Assembly (NCBI GenBank): GCA_964638425.1 | Contig: CAZWYM010000006.1 | Location: 3,054-67,053, forward strand | Length of the DNA stretch: 64,000 nucleotides | Direction: 5' to 3' | Source: an uncultured Candidatus Saccharibacteria bacterium | GTDB taxonomy: Bacteria > Patescibacteriota > Minisyncoccia > Phycocordibacterales > UBA918 | Part shown: in pieces, positions 59,384 to 64,000 of the stretch | Layout: the number at the start of each line of letters is the position of its first letter | Position numbering within the stretch: position 1 is the first letter of the stretch | Translations under genes and position numbers: made by a program | Notes under the pieces: generated by a model | What the model was told of the DNA's origin: nothing | The model's database searches: none | The model's input: only the letters and a program-made list of their open reading frames with translations

Positions 59384-61252
59384 CTACACAGGTGGCTTAT
59401 CGTTCGTTGTGATGCGCATCATGCGCTCAAGTTCTTTAGGAGTTACGGTGTTGTGGTTACTCCCTGTTTCAGTTGCTCCTACCTGTGTTGTGTTAGGCAT
59501 TTGTACCGGCGACGTGTTTACAACATCTTTCTTTGCATTTAAAACAGACTGGAGTGCTTCCTTAAGCTCAGGTTTAGGGATATCGCGCATTGGGACTTTT
59601 TGATTTTTTTGGCCTGTTGGGACTTCTTTCGCTCCAGTCCCCTCCTTTTCAACGAGTTGCTTTAACGCACTTCGGAGATCTTCGGTTTGCTGTTCATTTT
59701 TTACGAGTGGTGGTTTTGGCGAATGCTGACGTGGTCGTTCACTCTGCGGTTGTCTAGGAACGTCAGTAGATCGTCGCTGTGGTGTCTCAGCTCTCCGATC
59801 TTCATGTCGGGGAGCTGTTTGTGGTGCTGGGGTTGGAGCTACTCTTTGTTGAGGAACACTTTCAGGTTTCACTTCTTTCCGGATAGCGCTCTGCGCCTTC
59901 TCTCCTGTTGCAATAACAGCCTCAGGAATTATTGGCTTAACAACTTTTTTAGGAAGAACAACTGGTTCGTGGAATTTATGAATATCAACTTCGACATCTT
60001 CTCTCCGTTTCGTAAACGAAGCACGACTTGCAGCAATAGCCATCTCTTTACATGAATGGAGTGGTGGTTCAATTGGTGAAAGGGTCGTCGCTGAGAATGG
60101 TTGCGAACCAATGCCGTCTATCATTAGGGTGAGATAAATTTGCGCAAAGCTCAAATTTACAATATCGGTAGCAAGGAATTGCGGTGTAAAAATGGTTTCG
60201 AGGAGTTCGGCATCAAGCGGACCAACGCGGAATGAAATAATGGTACCGACGTTTCCAAATACCGCATCACGAACTTCCTCCTCCATCTGGGTGATGTACT
60301 GGTGGGCAATGGTGAGGTTAAGGTGATACTTTCGTGCCTCTGAAAGAATGTTGGCAAAGGTCGCATTTGCAAATGATTGAAACTCATCTACATAAAAATA
60401 AAAGTTTGGCATCTCACGCATTTTTTCTGGAGGCAAGTCTGCACGACTCATCGCTGCTAGATAGATACGCGTGGTAAGCATCGAACCAAGGAGGTTTGCG
60501 TTCGATTCTCCAATAAGTCCCTTAGAAAGGTTCATGATGAGAATTTTTTTCTCGTCCATCATCTTTCGAATATCAAAACTCGATTTTGGTTGTCCAATGA
60601 TATTTCGAATAATTGGGTTGGCGGTAAATTGTCCAATCTTGTTTTTGATTGCATCCCCTGCTTCTTGCATGTATCGCTCATTGTATTTTGCAAATTCATC
60701 CACCCAAAAAGCGCGTACACCAGGATCCTTTACGTTATCAACAACGAGTTTTCGGTAATCTTTATCTGAGAGCATTCGGTTCACCCCAAGGAGGGTCGAA
60801 TCTGGGTACTCGAGAAGCGCAAGAAGTGTATTTGAGAGAATGTACTCCATTCGAGCAGACCATGCATCAATCCAAATCTTTTTAAAGACCGACATGAGCC
60901 CCGACACAACGAGGTGTCGTTTATCCGGACCAACGTCTTCCATGATGTTGAATGACACTGGGTTTTCGGTATCGAACGGTGCGAAGTAGAGCACATCTTT
61001 GATGCGATGCTCCGGGATATAGTTAAGGAGTGTTTCAGCTGCAGAGCCATGCGGGTCAATGAAGGCCATTCCTTCACCGTTTTGGATATCCTGCACCGCC
61101 ATATTCTCAAGCAAGGTCGACTTCCCCATCCCCGTCTTTCCGATGACGTACACATGACGTTGGCGGTCTTTTGCTTTAATACCAAAACGGGTATTTTTAC
61201 CGCGCGAGTCTGTCTGCGCAAAGAACGTAACTTTGTTTGGGTCAAATGACAT
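59384..61252 (-). CDS. T4SS coupling-protein (TraD/TrwB/VirD4)-like P-loop ATPase lacking N-terminal TM segment, with ~190-aa Pro/charged-rich disordered C-terminal tail
   Basis: HVYVIGKTGMGKSTLLENMAVQDIQNGEGMAFIDPHGS (Walker A followed by IxDPxG as in TraD/TrwB); FYFYVDEFQSFA (Walker B/DEF). Tail PTPAPQTAPRHEDRRAETPQRRSTDVPRQPQSERPRQHSPKPP. The track ORF extends to 61465 through the tandem repeat; MSFDPNK (61252) is taken as the start. Confidence 0.6.
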   Translation of the reverse strand: MSFDPNKVTFFAQTDSRGKNTRFGIKAKDRQRHVYVIGKTGMGKSTLLENMAVQDIQNGEGMAFIDPHGSAAETLLNYIPEHRIKDVLYFAPFDTENPVSFNIMEDVGPDKRHLVVSGLMSVFKKIWIDAWSARMEYILSNTLLALLEYPDSTLLGVNRMLSDKDYRKLVVDNVKDPGVRAFWVDEFAKYNERYMQEAGDAIKNKIGQFTANPIIRNIIGQPKSSFDIRKMMDEKKILIMNLSKGLIGESNANLLGSMLTTRIYLAAMSRADLPPEKMREMPNFYFYVDEFQSFANATFANILSEARKYHLNLTIAHQYITQMEEEVRDAVFGNVGTIISFRVGPLDAELLETIFTPQFLATDIVNLSFAQIYLTLMIDGIGSQPFSATTLSPIEPPLHSCKEMAIAASRASFTKRREDVEVDIHKFHEPVVLPKKVVKPIIPEAVIATGEKAQSAIRKEVKPESVPQQRVAPTPAPQTAPRHEDRRAETPQRRSTDVPRQPQSERPRQHSPKPPLVKNEQQTEDLRSALKQLVEKEGTGAKEVPTGQKNQKVPMRDIPKPELKEALQSVLNAKKDVVNTSPVQMPNTTQVGATETGSNHNTVTPKELERMMRITTNDKPPV

Positions 61253-61373
61253 GCGTACAGTATAGCATCTAGTTTTTAATGAGCCGATAAGGCGATTGTA
61301 AAAACGTAAAATGAAGGAGGTGAATACCAAAGGTAGAGAAGCTGGCCTGGGCCATTGCAAAGCAAGAGAAGAT

Positions 61374-61501
61374 GCCCTGGGGTACAAGGTGAATGCCGGA
61401 GGCAGAGAGGGTACCCTGGGGTACAAGGTGAATGCCGAAGGCAGAGAGGGTGCCCTGGGGTACAAGGTGAATGCCGAAGGCAGAGAGGGTGCCCTGGGGT
61501 A
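61374..61501. repeat. 39-bp GC-rich perfect tandem repeat x3.3 (unit ccctggggtacaaggtgaatgccgaaggcagagagggtg) with a degenerate copy upstream (61339-61373)
   Basis: Copies at 61374-61412 (2 substitutions), 61413-61451, 61452-61490, plus partial 61491-61499. Open in four reading frames. Confidence 0.85.
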
Positions 61502-61523
61502 GATGTACTCTTGTGGTGCAGAG

Positions 61524-61556
61524 AAAAACCCAACCTGCTTTGCAGGTTGGGTTTAT
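61524..61556 (-). terminator. Intrinsic terminator for the small minus-strand ORF
   Basis: aacccaacctgc ttt gcaggttgggtt hairpin followed on the minus strand by TTTTTCTCT. Confidence 0.5.
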
Positions 61557-61570
61557 ACACTTCTTCACAC

Positions 61571-61774
61571 CTATCGCAACAATCCACGTGTAAGCATTTC
61601 TTTTCGAAGGCACAAAAACTGTGCCTCAGCAAAACCATTTGGTGGTACATCGTCTAATAATGCACGTATACGATCTATGTGAATATTTCTTCCGACTTGA
61701 GCATCAAGATGATAAATGTCCATATCAGAAAGTTGTGTAAGTGGTGCTGGTGTATATACAGTCTCAGTCTCCAT
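61571..61774 (-). CDS. Hypothetical 67-aa protein
   Basis: AGGAG 6 nt upstream of ATG 61774 (METETVYTPAPL...); followed by a terminator. Confidence 0.35.
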   Translation of the reverse strand: METETVYTPAPLTQLSDMDIYHLDAQVGRNIHIDRIRALLDDVPPNGFAEAQFLCLRKEMLTRGLLR

Positions 61775-61852
61775 GACCATCTCCTAAAATGTAAAAAACA
61801 AAGGGGTACTGAAAACTACTATACACCCTAAACCAGGGTACCTTCAAGGTTA

Positions 61853-63151
61853 CTATTCTTGTGGAAGAAGCGCGTCCTTCGTATAGATATTACTTGGAGC
61901 CCATATCATAAAGCTCTTTACCCCTGCGTCATAGCTTGCCTGAATCTGTGCGCGGACATCCTGAGCATCATAATCCCCTCCGTAATCAAAATCTTGAATC
62001 CACGTTCGAAGTCTGTCGGGAGTAAACACTGGCTTTGTGTACAGAGCGGGAGTCGAAGTACCAATACGCTCATGGAGGAAGCCTTCCACTGGAGTGGTAG
62101 ATGACATCATACGTCGCGCGCCTTCGCTCATAGCATAGTGAACGACCTTGTATGGATAATCATTTGGATCACCAAGTCCAAGGAATGACTTCGGATAATG
62201 TGACGGGTACACCATCGGTGCCACAGCATCGAAGTATGGAGCAGCTCGTTCCTGTACCTGCCCAATAGAGAGGTCGTCGGTGTTTGTTGTTGTCATACCA
62301 AACAAATCAACTGAGGTGTATGGTGTCGGGTGTTCTCGCCCAGTGTTAGCGTGATGGACATCATTAAAGAATGTCTCATCATCAAGTTTTTCATTGAGGT
62401 ACTTGAAGAACGCTTCTAGGTTCGCTTGTTTATCGCCCTTGTACTCACCCTTCATGCTATTAGGGAACGCAATGTCCTGCATGTTTCCGTCTGATGGATA
62501 CCGCACATAATCAAAGTTGAGCTCATCAAATCCAATGTTGTATGCATCACTTGCAAGAGTGATGATATGGTCCCAATAATCATGGGAACCGACATCTATA
62601 AACGAAAGCCCCTTTCTGTCGCGCCACACAGAACCATCGGACGCTTTTGCTACAGCGAGGTCTGGCCGCACATTCGTATAGAATGGATCTTGAAAAACAG
62701 TAATTCGTCCTATGACAAAAATATTTTTTTCATGAAGTGTTGCGAGGAACGCCTTCATATCAGGAGTCCCACACTTTGCAGCAGTCCACGCTGATTTCCA
62801 TTCTTCACTGAGTGGTGGGAACGAGATTGTTCCTGAGTAGTCTTTGATATCGATGACCACTGCATTAATTTCGGTATCTCCGATAAGCGTCACGAGTCGG
62901 TTTCGAAACTCAGTTGTCCCCGCGACACATGATGTCATATAAATAGCACGAAGAGGTTCCGGAAGCGGAACATGCTCGACTGTCTCACGTGTATCGACAA
63001 TCTCCTTTGTATGGGGAGTGTCTGCCGTTGTTACTTCCTCTGTATCAGCATGCTGTGGCGCGTACTCGAGTGAGGTTAGACGTGGAAGTGACACATACGA
63101 AAATGTTATAAGTCCCACGCCGACCACCCCAAGTACCGTGACGGATTTCAT
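61853..63151 (-). CDS. Secreted/membrane-anchored putative glycoside-hydrolase-like TIM-barrel protein (DUF4015-like)
   Basis: N-terminal signal/anchor VTVLGVVGVGLITF; AIYMTSCVAGT...INAVVIDIKDYSGTISF and acidic catalytic-looking blocks (IGFDELNFDYVRYP); 432 aa. Confidence 0.4.
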   Translation of the reverse strand: MKSVTVLGVVGVGLITFSYVSLPRLTSLEYAPQHADTEEVTTADTPHTKEIVDTRETVEHVPLPEPLRAIYMTSCVAGTTEFRNRLVTLIGDTEINAVVIDIKDYSGTISFPPLSEEWKSAWTAAKCGTPDMKAFLATLHEKNIFVIGRITVFQDPFYTNVRPDLAVAKASDGSVWRDRKGLSFIDVGSHDYWDHIITLASDAYNIGFDELNFDYVRYPSDGNMQDIAFPNSMKGEYKGDKQANLEAFFKYLNEKLDDETFFNDVHHANTGREHPTPYTSVDLFGMTTTNTDDLSIGQVQERAAPYFDAVAPMVYPSHYPKSFLGLGDPNDYPYKVVHYAMSEGARRMMSSTTPVEGFLHERIGTSTPALYTKPVFTPDRLRTWIQDFDYGGDYDAQDVRAQIQASYDAGVKSFMIWAPSNIYTKDALLPQE

Positions 63152-63156
63152 ATGTT

Positions 63157-63372
63157 TTATAATTCACTCTCTGAGAAGACATCGCCTCGGCGTTCACCAC
63201 TCTCGTGCTCTAGTGATTGAAGAAAAGCATTTCTTCGTAAACGGTACCCTATAGCCATGAGTATGACTCCACACCCAATGAGGAGCCATTCCTTATACTC
63301 GCGCGGAAGGCCGAGGAATGGGCTAAAGAAAACGAGAAAACCGATGATAAAGACAAATGTTTCTTTCGACAT
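63157..63372 (-). CDS. Small membrane protein (2 TM), hypothetical
   Basis: 71 aa, FVFIIGFLVFFSPFLGL and LLIGCGVILMAIGY helices. Confidence 0.35.
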   Translation of the reverse strand: MSKETFVFIIGFLVFFSPFLGLPREYKEWLLIGCGVILMAIGYRLRRNAFLQSLEHESGERRGDVFSESEL

Positions 63373-63443
63373 AGAGACAGTATAGCGTACCTTCGCACAC
63401 CAACGAAATCTGTGGAAAACTAGCCTAAAATCAACTCCAACGT

Positions 63444-64000
63444 TTAATCCCTAAGTTCAACCAATACCACAAACTCCCCTCTCACATGACCAGGATTATC
63501 CCTAAAATACTGAAGAACCTCCTCTGGCGTCCCTGCGACCACCTCCTCAAACATCTTAGTAAGCTCACGCGCAATGACGACACGACTTGCTTCGGGCAGT
63601 TCTTCCTTCAGTGATTCAAGTGTCTTCATAATGCGATGCGGAGCTTCATAGAAAATAACCGGCATGTCGTAATCTACAAGTGACTTGAAAAACGTTTGTC
63701 TTCCCTTTTTGAGTGGGACAAAACCGAGGAACACAAAACTATTCCCTGCTATCCCCGCAATTGAAAATGCTGCGGTAACGGCAGATGCTCCTGGGATTGC
63801 ATCGACACGAATACCTGATTGATGTGCTGCTGAGACGAGCATTACTCCGGGGTCACTCACTCCTGGTGTGCCTGCATCACTCACAAGTGCAATATGCTTT
63901 CCTGCTTCTAAGTCAGCCAAAATTCCTGCGTGGGTTTTCTCTGATGCATGCGCGTCATACCGGCGTGTCTTTGTTTCAATCCCATAGTGCTTGAGTAGGT
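63444..64000 (-). CDS. rsmI: 16S rRNA (cytidine1402-2'-O)-methyltransferase RsmI (partial; N-terminus beyond window end)
   Basis: KHIALVSDAGTPGVSDPG...IPGASAVTAAFSIAG...VIFYEAPHRI tetrapyrrole-methylase/RsmI blocks. The frame stays open upstream of the track start (TTG at 63920) through position 64000 (LLKHYGIETK...). Confidence 0.75.
   Translation of the reverse strand, partial: LLKHYGIETKTRRYDAHASEKTHAGILADLEAGKHIALVSDAGTPGVSDPGVMLVSAAHQSGIRVDAIPGASAVTAAFSIAGIAGNSFVFLGFVPLKKGRQTFFKSLVDYDMPVIFYEAPHRIMKTLESLKEELPEASRVVIARELTKMFEEVVAGTPEEVLQYFRDNPGHVRGEFVVLVELRD

Noticed and set aside
60480-60510. tRNA T-arm-like motif gcgttcgattctcc
   Set aside because: No acceptor/anticodon stem partners nearby, and it sits inside a well-supported CDS (the T4CP-like ATPase).
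59384-61465. Conjugative/integrative element suggested by coupling-protein-like ATPase
   Set aside because: No relaxase, VirB4, VirB6, integrase or flanking tRNA/direct repeats are visible in the window. Treated as an orphan ATPase.
61374-61501. Possible CRISPR array
   Set aside because: The 39-bp units abut directly without spacers and no cas genes are nearby; classified as a tandem repeat.
61311-61502. Plus-strand 63-aa ORF (MKEVNTKGREAG...ALGYKVNAEGREG repeats) across the 39-bp repeat
   Set aside because: Openness is forced by the stop-free GC-rich repeat (four frames are open), so coding status cannot be established. It is kept only as a possibility in the tandem-repeat finding.
61269-61650. 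Minus-strand ORFs 61269-61613 and 61276-61650 spanning the repeat and terminator
   Set aside because: Alternative open frames through the same stop-free repeat. They cross the predicted terminator hairpin and have no start context.
63785-63994. 69-aa plus-strand ORF
   Set aside because: Antisense shadow of rsmI.

Overview
This 64 kb window reads like a compact bacterial chromosome segment. Gene packing, the membrane-anchored HTH paralogs and the BNR-repeat surface protein suggest an uncultivated small-genome lineage, possibly CPR/Patescibacteria-like. That placement is inference only. Housekeeping genes lie at the left (gatB, obg, secA, murB) and right (rsmI, partial) ends. In between, a ~47 kb glycan-biosynthesis cluster (about 11.3-59.0 kb) runs almost entirely on the minus strand. 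It encodes 7 GT4, 2 GT2, one GT8-like, one GT9 and a half-GT4. It also has three tandem Gmd-family paralogs, a TylC3-type sugar C-methyltransferase and eight further methyltransferases (TylF-type, two FkbM, five generic SAM). Further genes are a KdsA-like/KdsB pair, a Sat/CysC (PAPS synthase) fusion and a HIGH-nucleotidyltransferase::PMI-cupin fusion. The cluster also holds two AsnB-type amidotransferases, an ATP-grasp ligase, two NodB deacetylases, a Wzx flippase, a Wzy_C+TPR protein, GtrA/GtrB-like modules, a PHP phosphoesterase and an APH-like kinase. Taken together this points to an undescribed pathway for a heavily methylated, possibly sulfated and amidated heteroglycan built from branched 6-deoxyhexose, Kdo-like and heptose-type sugars. 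The glycan may be transferred to protein by a PglL-like O-oligosaccharyltransferase. Several items are absent from the ORF track: a 48-aa lysine-rich histone-like ORF on 42-bp tandem repeats, a 39-bp x3.3 GC-rich tandem repeat with terminator hairpin upstream of an orphan T4SS-coupling-protein-like ATPase, and a 592+-aa BNR/Asp-box repeat protein running off the left edge. No rRNA, tRNA or CRISPR array was recognised. All calls are from manual reading of the translations and sequence; no database searches were run.
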